From positions 129,024,001-129,088,000 of the forward strand of contig CM059431.1 in NCBI GenBank assembly GCA_030390025.1: a stretch of 64,000 nt of DNA, in the 5' to 3' direction. A program made the translations under genes and the position numbers. This document shows positions 40,880 through 54,636 of this stretch, in pieces. Origin of the DNA: Squalus acanthias. Lineage: Eukaryota. A model generated the notes under the pieces. That model was not told the origin of the DNA. It made no database searches and saw only the letters and a program-made list of their open reading frames with translations. The first letter of the stretch is position 1; the number at the start of each line of letters is the position of its first letter.

Positions 40880-43200
40880 AATATTCCATAGGGATGATAT
40901 AGGGAATGATGCAAAACCTGAATCTATTTGTTTAGAATTAAGTAATAAGAAATGATCTTTTGCTCTATTGGGACTATATTATAGACCACTGAATAATGGA
41001 AGGGAAATAGAGGAAGGCATACACCGACAAATAAAATAAAAAAAGAAAGATTTGCATTTATATAGCGCCTTTCAAAACCTTACGACATCCAAAAGTGCTT
41101 TACAGTCAATGAAGTACTTTTGAACTGTAGTCACTGTTGAAATGTAGGAAAAGCAGTAGCCAATTTACGTACAGCAGGATCCCACAAACAGCAATATGAT
41201 AATGACTAGATAATTGATTTTAGCGATGTAGGTTGAGGGATAAATGTTGGCCAGGATACTGGGGAGAACTCCCCTGCTTAAAGAAAAATGCAGGAACAAC
41301 AAGCAATAATAAAAGTTGGCTTTAATGTAAGTAGCAAAGAAGGGCAAGGGTTTGTATAATGTGTCCAGGACCACTTTCTGGATCAATGGGCAGAATTTTC
41401 ATTGACCCGTGGAGGTGGGTTTGGAGGCGTGTGGGGGGTTAAAATTGTGAAAACTGGTGGGCGGGCAAAAGCCCGCCTCCATCCCGCCTCCACGCAATTT
41501 TCATTAAATCGTGTCTGCTGGTCCTGACTCCGTCCCACCTCTTAGAGGCGGGATAGGCTGTTAAGGCCCTTAACAAGCACTAAATTGGCTCTATAATGCC
41601 ATTTTGAAAGGCCTTTGTGATTTTAACCCTTTTTCTACGTGAAGCACGCCTGTTCTGAACCACGAATGTGAAACCTGGTGAGAGCACATTTGGCTGGCTG
41701 ATCTGGGAGTGGTGGTGGATGGGTGACATATCTGGGAGTGGTGGTGCAAAAATATCTGGGAGCAGACTTCGGGCTGCTGCTGCTCATTTTGCCTCCAGGT
41801 CCTCTCACAGCAAAGGCCAGGCAGTCTTTGCAGACCTTCAATGCAGCAGCAATGATGACATCATCAGAGGCGACTTTGAGACTGAAAACACTGATTGGGT
41901 CATGGGTTCCCACATGCTGGAACTCAATTGCCCAATTAGGTGAAAATCGCATCAATCTCCCACATCCAATTGCAGTCGGGTGGATAACACGAAAAGTGGA
42001 TGACACAACCCCGGCCCACCCCAGTATCAAAATCCAGCCCAATATGTTTTTAGTCTAACAAAGAAGGAGGCAGTGATGGATCTCATTCTAAGAAATGAAG
42101 TGGGGTGATTAGGCAATGTAGGTGTTGGGGAACATTTAGGAAACAGTTACCATAACATAATTAAGTTCAATATAAAAAATGAAATGGAGCGGAACGATCG
42201 AAGATAAAACTACTTGACTGGGAAAAGACGGCAATTTCAATTAGATTGAAAAGAGAACTAACTGACTGGAATAAACTGGAAGAAAAATGAGCAAATAGAA
42301 AAGTGCACAAACAATGAGAAATATCCAAACCTGGTCCAAATTAAACATAATCCCACGAGAATTAAAATTATGCTCCATAATCTGTAAAAATTAAAATGAG
42401 ATTAAAAAAGGAGACATGTCAAATTTATGGAAAATATAAAAGAAAATCAAACCAAATATAGAATATAAAGAGGGAATGTAAAATGATTAGAAAGGATTAA
42501 AGGAAATGTGAAGAAAGACTGGCAGTTAACACAAAGGGAAATCGTAAAAGATTTTATAAACACAAGAAGAAGAATGTGGTATTGGGAATGAAAGGGTACA
42601 GAAGGAGCAATTAGTAGGATAACTAAAGATAAGGCAGTATGAAAAGAGCAGGCCTCAATGGTTTGCATCCTAAAATGCAAAGGGTAGTCAGAGAGGAAAC
42701 AGCTGAGGCTCTGACCATAATCTATTAAATTTGTTAGGTATGGAAGTTGTACTGGTGGACTACAGGCTGCTAATGTAAATCTTCTGTTCAAAAAGGTAGA
42801 GGGAATATATCAGTTTACTATAGAACCAGTCAGCCTAACGTCAGTAGTGGGTAAGTTTCTAGAGGTCATAATACAGAATAAAATTCACCGAGAAAGACAT
42901 GGGTTAATTATGAATGGCCAGCATGGATTTGTAAAAGGAAAGTATTGTCTGGCAAATTTAATATAGTTGTCTGAGAATATAACAGAATGTATTGATAAAG
43001 GAAATGCAGTGGATGTTGTGTATATGAATTTTCTAAAAGATAAGGTGCTGTATATGATAAAATTAAGGCTCATGGTATTGAAGGGATAATGGCAGCATGA
43101 ATATGAAGTTGGTTAAAGGGAAGGAAACAGATAGTATGGATTTTTTTTGGACTGGAGAGATGTAAACAGTGTTATCCACTAGGGATCATTTGTTTTTTAA
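40880..43200 (+). mobile_element. Old CR1 ORF2 remnant with a nested SINE tail (41040-41275) and MITE
   Basis: LLGLYYRP, CVQDHFLDQ|YV, GQHGFVKGKYCL, GNAVDVVYMNF fragments. Confidence 0.65.
41388..42040. mobile_element. Harbinger-derived MITE
   Basis: TIR GGGCAGAATTTT / AAAATCCAGCCC, TSD AAT. Confidence 0.88.
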
Positions 43201-43617
43201 TATATGTCTATGATGCAGTCTCATCAACTGGTGGAAATAATCTATCACTACTTACCTTATCATTACACTTCATAATCTTGAAGAACTCTATAGATATTTA
43301 ACTCGCTTTGGTTCAAATCAATCTGTTCCTTCATTCTGTCATAGGCACTCCGATGGAACATGAGGAATCATTGATTTGTCAGGTTCTTTCTCTCCTCTGC
43401 GCACTCCGTACAGTTCTTGAAGATCTGGTCAAGGTGTTTGCTCAAGCTTAGCCTCCATATGCTTCCCTTAGCTCATTCCTACATTTTTAGATCTTTTGGT
43501 GCTCTGCGTATATTCTGTCCAACACTTTAGAGCTAATTGATGCAGGAGCCACAAACTTTTAAAAGGAGTCCATCGTGAACCATGAATTCTCCTGCCATAG
43601 TCCAGTAGTAGTAACCA

Positions 43618-43760
43618 AATGTATTAAAGGATATGGGGCAAAAGTGGGTAAAGGCAGGTATATGGAGTTAGGTCACAGATCAGCCATGATCTCATTGAAT
43701 GGCGGAATAGGCTCGAGGGGCTAAATGGCCTACTCCTGTTTCTTATGTTCTTATGTTCTT
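43618..43760 (+). mobile_element. CR1 3' tail fragment
   Basis: gatcagccatgatctcattgaatggcgg...(TCTTATGT)n. Confidence 0.75.
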
Positions 43761-44297
43761 AGTATGGTATCAGTGGGCAATCCAACTTTGAATTTGTTTG
43801 GCTGTCCCAGCATACATTTCTCCATCAGTCAGCTCGACAGACCTCACCTTGTTGAAGATTGTTGATATTTCCTGTACATGATTTGTTGCATTTGGAATGC
43901 TTTGTAAAATTCCACCCACATATGCCTTCATGTTTGTCTGAAGCATTGATTTGCTCCAGTAACCCTCAATGCTGGAATTTGTGATATAATGGTGGTAATT
44001 ATGAATTCTGCAACCTGGGTGCTAACCTGGCAGAGTGGATCACCCTCCCATTGTAGAACCAGTCCAATTTTAGGTCCATTGAAATCAATGGGCAGACGAT
44101 CTGTTCCGTCAGATTACTGCCCAGGTGATAAGTTGAAAATGACCTCCAATATCTATTGATATTAGATTTTTCCCTGGGTACATGTGAAATTGCAACTGAA
44201 ACCTCATGTGATATAAGTAAAACAGTTGTATTCTGGGAGGTAATTCATCAATTTGTTTTGCCCCATAAAATGTATCAATGGCTTAATAATTACATAA

Positions 44298-44770
44298 AAA
44301 CATAAGAACATAAGAAATAGGAGCAGGAGTGGGCCATTTGGCCCTTCGAGCCTGCTCCGCCATTCAATAAGATCATGGCTGATCTTCTACCTCATTTCCA
44401 CTTTCCTGCACTATCCCCATATCCCTTGATTCCCTTAATATTCAAAACTCTATCGATCTCTGTCTTGAATATACTCAACGGCTGAGCCTCCATAGTCCTC
44501 TGGGGTAGAGAATTCCAAAGATTCACCACCATCTGAGTGAAGAAATTTCTCCTCATCTCAGTCCTAAATGGCTGAACCCTTATTCTGAGACTGTGACCCC
44601 TGGTTCTAGACTCCCCAGCTAGGGGAAACATCCTCCCTGCATCTACCATATCAAGCCCTGTAAGAATTTTGTATGTTTCATTGAGATCACCTCTCATTCT
44701 TCTAAACTCGAGAGAATATAAGCCCAGTCTACTCAATCTCTCCTCATAGGACAATCCCCCCATCCCATTT
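44298..44770 (-). mobile_element. CR1 3' fragment
   Basis: ORF 44392-44784 LSYEERLSRLGLYSLEFRRMRGDL; (AACATAAG)n tail on +. Confidence 0.88.
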
Positions 44771-45382
44771 CTATATTGTCTCAATATAGAAAGATTTTCC
44801 AGTGAGGTATTCTTGAGACCCTCTCACACTCAGGTAATACCAAAAGTTTATTTTCCTACTTGAGTGTAATCCTTCTGTGATGCTAATTGATTGTAAGCTT
44901 TACATTAATGGAAGTCTTCGTTATTACTGAGATTTCAGTAGTAGAATATGAAATCCATATGAAGATGCATCTGCAGATGCGAGAGCTTCCCTGTCAGGGT
45001 AATTTTAGGGATAATTCTGCAATTTGCACTGCCAATGGGCGTGGTGTGCTCAAAGTGAATACATAACAGAGACAGGATTATAACGTAAAGCCCCAATTGT
45101 CTGACCAATACTCCCTGGAAATATGGCCAAGCAAAGGCAGGATGGAATTACTGCTATAATTTCATGGTAGGTGATGTTCTTACGGCCTCACGGCACTGAC
45201 CTCACGTGGCTGAATTGTGTCCCACATGATTTTCCCACAAGTGATTTGGGGCAAGGAAACAAAGCATGCCTGGGCAACACTTCAATATTTAAATCATGCA
45301 AAAGAGGTCCCTCAGTGAATTTCTCAAATTCGAGTGAGGGTTTCTCCACAGGATGCATCTCACCCACATAAACACAGCATCT

Positions 45383-47320
45383 TTTTTTTATTTGTTTTTA
45401 TGGGATGTGGGCGTCGCTGGCAAAGCCAGCATTTATTGCCCATCCCTAATTGCCCTTGAGAAGGTGGTGGTGAGCCGCCTTCTTGAACCGCTGCAGTCCG
45501 TCTGGTGAAGGTACTCCCACAGTGTTGTTAGGTAGGGAGTTCCAGGATTTTGACCCAGTGACGATGAAGGATCAGTGATATACTTCTTAGTCAGGATGAT
45601 GTGTGACTTGGAGGGGAACTTGGATGTGGTGGTGTTCCCATGCGTCTGCTGCCCTTGTCCTTCTAGCAGAAGAGGTCGCGGGTTTGGGAGGTGCCGCCGA
45701 AGAAGCCTTGGCGAGTTGCTGCAGTGCATCTTGTAGATGGTACACACTGCAGCCACGACACGCCAGTGGTGGAGGGGGTGGATGTTTAAGGTGGTGGATG
45801 GGATGCCAATCAAGCGGGCTGCTTTGTCCTGGATGGTGTCGAGCTTCTTGAGTGTTGTTGGAGCTGCACTCATCCAGGCAAGTGGAGAGTATTCCATCAC
45901 ACTCCTTACTTGTGCCTTGTAGATGGTAGAAAGGCTTTGGGGAGTCAGGAGGTGAGACACTCACTGCAGAATACCTAGCCTCTGACCTGCTCTTGTTGCC
46001 ACAGTATTTATGTGGCTTGTCCAGTTAAGTTTCTGGTCAATGGTGACCCCCAGGATGTTGATGGTGGGGATTCGGTGATGGTAATGCCATTGAATGTCAA
46101 GGGCTGGTGTTTAGACTCTCGCTTGTTGGAGATAGTCGTTGCCTGGCACTTCTGTGGCGCGAATGTTACCTGCCACTTATCAGCCCAAGCCTGAACGTTG
46201 TCCAGGTCTTATTGCATGCGGGCATGGACTGCTTCATTATCTGAGGAGTTGTGAATGGCACTGAACACTGTGCAGTCATCAGCGAACATCCCCATTTCTG
46301 ATCTTATGTTGGAGGGAAGGTCATTTATGAAGCAGCTGAAGATGGTTGGGCCTAGGACACTGCCCTGAGGAACCCCTGCAGCAATGTCCTGGGGCTGTGA
46401 TGATTGACCTTCAATCACCACAACCATCTTCCTTTGTGCTAGGTATGACTCCAGCCAGTGGAGAGTTTTTCCCCCTGATTCCCATTGACTTCAGTTTTAC
46501 TAGGGCTCCTTCATGCCACACTCGGTCAAATGCTGCCTTGATGTCAAGGGCAGTCACTCTCACCTCACCTCTGGAATTCAGCTCCTTTGTCCATGTTTGG
46601 ACCAAGGCTGCAATGAGGTCGGCAGCCGAGTGGTGTTGGCGGAAACCAAACTGAGCATCAGTGAGCAGGTTATTGGTGTGTAAGTGCCGCTTGATAGCAC
46701 TGTCGATGACACCTTCCATCACTTTGCTGATGATTGAGAGTAGGCTGATGGGGCGGTAATTGGCCAGATTGGATTTGTCCTGCTTTTTGTGGACAGGACA
46801 CACCTGGGCAGTTTTCCACATTGTCGGATAGATGCCAGTGTTGTAGCTGTACTGGAACAGCTTGGCTAGATGTGAGGCTAGTTCTGCATGCAAGTCTTCA
46901 GCACGATAGCCGGGATGTTGTAAAGGCCCATAGCCTTTGCTGTATCCAGTGAGCCATTACTTGATATCACGTGGAGTGAATCGAATTGGCTGAAGACTGG
47001 CTTCTGTTATGGTGGCGAATGCAGGAGGAGGCCGATATGGATCATCCACTCGGCACTTCTGGCTGAAGATGGTTGCAACCGCTTCAGCCTTGTCTTTTGC
47101 ACTCACGTGCTGGGCTCCACCATCATTGAGGATGGAGATATTCTTGGAGCCTCCTCCTCCCGTTAATTGTTTAATGGTCCACCACCATTCACAACTGGAT
47201 GTGGCAGGACTGCAGAGCTTTGATCTGATACATTGATTGTGTGATCGCTTAGCCCTGTCTATTGCATGCTGCCTCTGCTCTTTAGCATGCATGCAGTTCT
47301 GTGTTGCAGCTTCCCCAGGT
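45383..47320 (-). mobile_element. LINE family B ORF2 remnant
   Basis: NYRPISLLSIISKVMEG, ALDIKAAFDRVWH, GVPQGSVLGP, FADDC, MEYSPLAWMSAAPTTLKKL. Confidence 0.88.
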
Positions 47321-47559
47321 AGTAGAGCTGGCACCTGGTCTGCACAAGTTGGTTTCCTAAAGGAAGATGTGTGGTATCTGCTGATGGTAAATTTTCCTCA
47401 CATTTTAAATTATATTTTGCTTCATACATTAGCTTTTCTTTGCTACACTACTTTCCGTGATTATTCTCGGTTGCTGATGGCATTTAAATTGTACCATATA
47501 AAGCGGTAAGGTTGGCCGTTCCTTTTGCATTTCCAGAAGTGTTACATGATTTAGTTGAG

Positions 47560-48034
47560 GAGGAGGAAGTCATGCGGGGCTAATAAATGCAGGTGCAACA
47601 ACTTGTGAAGTGCTTATACATACCCATCACTATCCCCCCACACATATCTGGATATGTCAAAGGAGATCTATCTGTGTTGCATTTGTTTAACAAGAAAGGC
47701 TGTCACAGAATTCTACCAAATGCTGCAAGATGAGCTGTAGACAACATCTTGAACAGGGACAGCTCTTCCCACAGAAGGGAAGGTTACCCTGTTGTACATG
47801 ATCAGAAACTGTTTGCACTCATTTACTGTTCAGGTGGTATCTGACCAGAGAAAAATCATTATCCACATCAGTAGCCATTATCCAGGAAGCAGCCATGATG
47901 CCTTCATTGTCCAGCATTCCACGTTGCCCATATTATTTGAAGTAGGAGAAACACTAGGTGGATGGCTCTTGGCAAAACAGGGCCATCCTCTACCTCCTTG
48001 GCTGCTGACACCACTGAGAAAGCCACAACAGTAA
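47560..48034 (+). pseudogene. Degraded Harbinger transposase fragment
   Basis: HSFTVQVVSD..YPGSSHDAFI..GWLLAKQGHPLPPWLLTP. Confidence 0.7.
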
Positions 48035-48412
48035 TGGAGTGCCTCGGCCTGGACACCTCAGCATCTGTTTGCTATTCCTCAGCTAACACCTCCGTCTTCA
48101 AGAAAAGTGCATTGTACAGTTTTGACACAGGAAAGATAGCAATATTGTGTACAGTGCTTCAAATAGTACTTTCCAGGGGGGTGCATCAGTTTCAAACTTA
48201 GGTTTGTGCCTTGGCTGATGAACCCCACAGGAAATGTGAGCAACATTTTCGATGGCCGTTAAACCGATGCCGCGGTGACACTGGCAACGTTCATGTCGCA
48301 GTCGAATTTCTAGGCCCCAGAAATGAAAAACCTTCTCATGTTCATGGGTGGAGGCATATTCTCTACAGCCTGGGCTTTGTCAGTATCCACTTTAAGTCTT
48401 GTGGGACGTTAT

Positions 48413-49732
48413 AGCCTGGATTTTAGCCCGGAGGCAAGTTCCGTGCGGTTGGCGGGGGTGCTGTTGTGAGGTCGGGAAACCTGAAAGACCATGTTCCCAA
48501 ATGTCCTGCAGTTTTTAACTGCAGGGCTCCTTTAAATTTTTTTCTGTCGGGTTCCTGCCCACGGGCAGCCTGATTGACAGTCTGGAGGACTATCGGACGG
48601 GAAACCTGCTTCAAAAGGCTGCAGCCTACATGAGCAGGTAGGTGTAGTGGGGGAGTGAGAGTGCTCGTGGGGGGGGTGTGTGCGGTCCCGATCGTGGGCA
48701 GTTCCGATCGCGGTGGGGGGGGGGGGGTCCCGATCGCTGGGGTGTGTCCCGATCCCGGGGGGGCGGTTCCATTCATTGGGGGCGGGGGGGTATCCGATTG
48801 TGGTTGGGGGGTTCTGATGCCGCTCGGGCGTGCTCAATGGTGGTCTGGGGGAAGCAGATGGTGGTCGTGGGTGAGCAGATGGTGAGTAGGGGGGGTGGTG
48901 TTCATTGGGGAGCAGACAAATTGCAGTGGGGGTCATTTATTGGGACTGGAGGAAGCACTCCTGCTCCTCCTGGCCCACAAGCAGTGCTGTAAAGGCACTT
49001 ACCTCATGGATTCAGCCCTTCTCGCCCACTTGCAGCTGTCGAGTTTCCTGAGGCCTGAGAAACCCGGCCAAAATGAGTTAAACATAGAATGACTGTTAAA
49101 ATGAAGGCAGGCAGCCTCATTATAATATTTAAGTGACCAAGCCGCTTCCCGCAAGCGGAATGGTCGCCCGCCCCTCCTCCTGCCTCCATTAAAAGAAAGA
49201 AGAAAGAAAGACTTGCATTTATATAGTGTTTTTCACAACCTCAGGATGTCCCAAAGCACTTTACATCCAATGAAGTACTTTTCAAGTGTAGTCACTGTTG
49301 TAATGTAGGAAATGTGGCAGTCAATTAGTGCACAGCAAGCTCCCACAAACAGCAATATGATAAGGACCAGATAATCTGTTTTAGTGATGTTGATTGAGGG
49401 ATAAATATTGGCCAGGACACCAGGGATAACTCCCCTAATCTGCTTCAAAATAGTGCCATGGGATCTTTTACGTCCACCTGAGAAATAGACGGGGCCTCGG
49501 TTTAGCGCCTTGTCCAAAAGACGGCACCTCCGACAGTGCAGCACTCCCTTGGTACTGCCCTGGAGTATCAGCCTAGATTTTTTTGCTCAAGTCTCTGGAG
49601 TGGGACTTTATCCATACAACCTTCTGCCTCAGAGGCGAGAGTGCTACCTACTGAGCCACGGTTTCATATTTTTGCGTTTTAACCTCTGACACGACCCCAA
49701 CCCACCTGCTTTTGGAAGTTAAGATTCAGCCC
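48413..49732. mobile_element. Probable Harbinger-type MITE with nested SINE
   Basis: Degenerate TIR AGCCTGGATTTTA / TAAGATTCAGCCC, TSD TAT; G-rich ccgatc-repeat interior. Confidence 0.5.
49194..49661 (-). mobile_element. SacSINE1/DeuSINE-like tRNA-derived SINE, near full length
   Basis: Minus strand starts ccgtggctcagtaggtagc (A box); Deu-like core ctgtcggaggtgccgtcttt..taaaccgaggcccc; (CTTT)n tail. Confidence 0.72.
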
Positions 49733-50368
49733 TATATGTCCCAGAAATTTGATTCAGTCTTTTGAGAGTTCACACATCTGATTCAATGTAATACCTTCTT
49801 GAAGTTTCTTCAGCACAGTTCTGAGAGAGTTATCCTGTTCTCACTGGGACTCTTCATTAACTACAATAGTATCCATCTGGCACCAAACTTTTGGAATCCT
49901 CCCAGAAGCATTGATATGTATCTCTGAAAAAGTTCTGGAGCTGTGAAGTTACTAAATGGCAGTCTGTTGAAATAGAAAAATCCAAAGGGTGACAGAATCA
50001 ATAATTGCCATCCAATTTTGAGAAGACTTTTGCTTTCCCTAGATTATCTAGGATCTGATTTACAGAGGGCCTCGTATGATTCTCCTGGGACATACTCACA
50101 TTTAACATAATTAACTCCACACAAATTAGAATTTTGCTGTTTGGCTATAGATACTCCTGTGCAAATTTCTCTAATCTTGATATCACTCCGAGCCTCTCCA
50201 TCCTCACCAATTCTTCTTTCACTTTATCTCAAAATGAAATATGGATTTGTCCAGGAGCTGATAACAAAAATGGCTTTGCAGCAGGTTTGAGTTTAATGAG
50301 GTACAGTATTCACGCAAAAGCTTACCCAGACCTTCAAAAAACTTGGGAAACTCTAACTTGAAGCCTAT

Positions 50369-53300
50369 GGGTGCAAAATTGGGCTCTATGGCATCAGTTT
50401 TCTGGGCACTAGGAGACCCCTTTAGCGTTGAAAATGGCGTCCGCAGCGCACGTGCGGACTTCCAACGGGAAGTGTGCCAGACGCCATCATTGTAAAGGTG
50501 TTTGCGTGCATGCACCTAACCTCCGCCGGCAACATGCAGAGCAAGCAGATCATGTCGTCAATCAGTGTGCAACGCTGATTTGATGCCAGGGCTGCCATTT
50601 TGGAGTTCCACGTTCCAGCCTAGGCCCTCTCTTAACCTCACACAGCTGAACACGACATTAAATGGCTTGACGGACCCCCCACCAGTGCTATTTAAAGGGA
50701 TTATCATCTACTTGCTGGTTTATTTATTCTGGCTATTGCTGCAATTCTACACATTTTGGGTGCTTTCTATAGTTGGTTAAAGTTGCAATAGTGTACAGGG
50801 AGTGGTGTGGTAGGTGCTGAAGTACTTTTTTGCTGACTAAAGGCTTCTGCACAGGCCAGTTGCTCCCAGACATGGGTGGAATAGTAAACCTTCTTCTTGG
50901 CATTGAACATGACTGGGAGAATGAAGAGAGGTCTCGAAGAGCAGGACAAGCTGGTAAAAGAGGGAGGAGGAGGAGGGGAGAAGGGCTCTCAGCAGCAGGC
51001 CATATCTGCAGAGGATGTTTAGGGAGCAATTCTTGTACCTGAACTTCTGCGATGACGAATGCTTGAGACGACTACGCTTCACTAAAGAGGTTGTGACTGA
51101 AATGTGCCACCTGTTACAGTCACAAATCCAACGTCAGAGCAAGGCAAGGACCGCATTGCCTGTGGTTTTCAAGGTGACTGTGGCTCTGAACTACTATGCA
51201 TCTGGTTCCTTCCAGGCTGCTGCTGGAGATGTAAGCAATATCTCTCAGTTTGCAGTACACTGCTGCATAATGGAGCTCACTGAGGCTCTCTATGCAAAGA
51301 GAGACAACTTCATCTCATTCCCTCTTGGCAAAGAGAAGCAGGTGGAGCGAGCACGAGGGTTTGCAGGCTTCCTCATGGTGCAGGGTGCCATTCACTGCAT
51401 GCACATTGCATTGCGTGCGCCTCATCTTAACTCTGCCATGTACTTGAACTGAAAGGGATTCCACTACCTCAATGTGCAGCTGGTGTGCGACCACAGGCAT
51501 CGCATCACACAGGTCAATGCCCAGTATCCTGGCAGCAATCACGATGCATTCATTCTGCGGCAGTCCTCTCTGCCAGCTGTATTTCAACCACCAAAGCAAA
51601 CCAAAGGGTGGCTATTGGGCGACAAGGGTTATCCACTGATGACATGGCTCATGACTCCGCAACCCTTGTACACGTGCACAGCAGGCATACAATGAGAGCC
51701 ATGCTGCCACAAGAAATCTTATAGAGCAGACCATTGGCATCCTAAAGCAATGATTCTGCTGTCTGGACCACTCTGGAGGAGCCCTGCAGTAGTTGGCTGA
51801 GTGGGTCTCAAGATCTGTCATGGTATGCTGCATGCTGCACAACATGGCCATCATGAGGGAACAGCCCTTGCGACCCCCTATCAGGGGAGAAGCTGAGGAG
51901 CAGGAGCACGAGGAGGAGGAGGTGGAGGCAGAGGAGGAAGAGGCAGAGGAGGAGGAGGTGGAAGAACATAAGAACATAAAAATTAGGAGCAGGTGTAGGA
52001 CATATGGCCCCTCGAGCCTGCTCCATCATTCAATAAGATCATGGCTGATCTTCAACCTCAACGACCATTTTCCCCGCTCGATCTCCATATCCCTTGATTC
52101 CCCTAGAGTCCAAAAATCTATCTCAGCCTTGAATATAGTCAACGGCTCAGCATCCACAGCCCTTTGGGCTAGAGAATTCCAAAGACTCACAACCCTCTTA
52201 GTGAAGAAATTCTTCCTCATCTCAGTTTTAAATGGCCGAACCCTTATCCTGAGACAATACCCTAGTTTCAGACTCTCCAGCCAGGGGAAACAACCTCTCA
52301 GCATCTACCCTGTCAATCCCCATCAGAATCTTATTTTTCAATGAGATCACCTCTGATTCTTCTAAACTCCAGGTAGTATAGATCCAATCTACTCAATCTC
52401 TCCTCATAGGACAAACCTCTCATCCCAGGAATCAATCTAGTGAATCTTCGTTGCACTGCCTCAAAGACAAGTATATCCTTCTTCAGATAAGGAGACCAAA
52501 ACTGTGCACAGTACTCCAGGTGTGGTCTCACCAAAGCCCTGTACAATTCTAGCAAGACTTCCTTACACATGTACTCCAACCCCCTTGCAATAAAGGCTAA
52601 CATGTCATTTGCCTTCCTACTTGCTTGATGTACCTGGATTTAGGTACAACAAGCAAGTAGGAAGGACATCTAAATCTCTCTGAACACCAACATTTGAAAG
52701 TTTCTCACCATTTAAAAATATTCTATTTTTCTATTCTTCCTACCAAAGTGAATAACCTCACATTTCCTTACATTATACTCCATCTGCCACCTTCTTGCCC
52801 AGTTACTTAGTCTATCTATATCCCTTTGCAGGCTCTTTGTGTCCTCCTCACAGCTTACTTTCCCATCTAGCTTTGTATCATCAGCAAACTTGGATACATT
52901 ACACTTGATCCCTTCATCTAAGTCATTAATATAAACTGTAAATAGCTGAGGCCCAAGCACTGATTCCTGTGGCATCCCACTATTTACAACCTGCCAACCT
53001 GAAAATGGCCCATTTACCCCTACAGGGAGGAGGAGGAGATGCTAAGATTAGGAAGAGGAAGGGAGGTGCAACATAGACAGCCCCTTTCTGCCTAGGCTCT
53101 ACGTGATAAAATAATTCATGAGCGATACCAGTAACCTCAACCCCAATTCCTCATTCACCAATGGTCCCACACTCCTTACCTTTCCTCTGTCACTGACCAT
53201 CGCATTGTCCTCTTTCCCACTATGCAAATATAAAAACCAACACAAAATACATATTCCAATCCAAATTTATAAATTAAATCATGCCATAGTGCATCAAAAA

Positions 53301-53450
53301 ATAAATTAATCACACTTGTGCATTCCCTTAGTCCCTTTTCCGTGTGCCTTTGCCTGTCCTAGTGCTCCTACGAGGTGCTTCTCAAGTGACTACAGCATGG
53401 CTGGTAGAAGGCTGCTGGCTTTCAGACTGCAGATGGCCTTGGAGGGCAAC
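50369..53450 (+). mobile_element. Harbinger transposon (transposase pseudogene ~50872-51960) interrupted by CR1; right end not resolved
   Basis: [53 protein letters not shown], poly-E. Confidence 0.82.
51962..53022 (-). mobile_element. 5'-truncated CR1 LINE inserted in the transposase poly-Glu tract
   Basis: PQESVLGP, FADDTK, LVRPHLEYC; (AACATAAG)n tail; GAG-rich Harbinger sequence resumes at ~53025. Confidence 0.88.
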
Positions 53451-53743
53451 TTCGCGCAGCTCTGGACTTCGCTCCCTTTCTATAACATGCTTGGGAACAT
53501 GCTTTAGCTGCTGTGTTTTTCCAGTTTGCTGTTGCCTTCCCCACTTTTTAAACAGACAAATATTTGTTTCCTTACTGGCTGCTGCTTGATTACCACTTGC
53601 TGTCGCTCAACAGCTTTGCTCTGTCTTGCACTTGTTATTGTTTTATCAAGGATTAACTGTGATCTCTCAAACATCCTCTTGTCTTATAGTTCCAGTGCAA
53701 AATGATTAGGAATCAATTCATTATGCAGGGTTCTATAGGCATA

Positions 53744-54636
53744 GGGGGAGAAATTCAGTATCGCCACGTTTGGGGCGTGATTATCGGCCGGGTGCAAAGT
53801 TTAGCGCCTGGCGCTAATTATCGCCTCCAACTGCAAACTTGGCTTTTATCGCCCCTGGAGGTGATTGGAACACTAAATCAGGCGCTGCACACCTGTCTTA
53901 AGTCGCAAAGGCCGAGGAGCGAGGCGCTAACTCAGAGCACTGGCGAAGCTCATGTGATGTCAGTCAGCAATGGAACACAGACACACTGTCGCCGGCCAGT
54001 TCTTAAAGGGGATTGAGTCGATCTTGCTCTCCATCCACACTCTGCTCATTGCAGCCTTGAATCTCGGCCTGGAGAGACCTGTACATCAAATCTGTTGGAA
54101 TGAACAATGGAGAGGACCAGGGAAAGAGCTCAGAGTGCAGCCCCCACAGTCTCTTCTAAATCGATGCAAGGAAGATCAAATAAAAAAGAACCTGCAAAGT
54201 GCTGCTCAGTACCCAAAACTCCTCAACACAGCTTTGAATATCTCCTGCAGTCTCTTGCTCTCACTCAGAATGCGTGGTGAAAAAATTTCACCAACAAAAA
54301 AAGGCAGGAAGCGGTCGCCTTTAAATAGCGCTCCCCCAGTCCCTTCCTGACTGCAAAACGCTCCCTTCAACTTGTCATTGCTAGCGGCAGGTGGTAAGAC
54401 AGGGGACACCACTCAATATCCAGTTCGGGGCGCTACCTGGGCGTTGCACGCTCGACTGATGTCACGATCTGCGGGCGCAGGAGATCGTGGCGGTAGTGCT
54501 TAGCGCCACCGCAAAATGTCCAGTCAAGTTCTTGAGCGGCGCAAACATCGCTGCGCACGGGCGCTAGTTGCTTTGCATCACATTAGCGCCCTCTTAAGGC
54601 GCTAACGGAGGCGCAAACCAACTGAATTTTTCCCCC
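53744..54636. mobile_element. MITE
   Basis: 16-bp TIR GGGGGARAAATTCAGT, TSD ATA. Confidence 0.82.
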
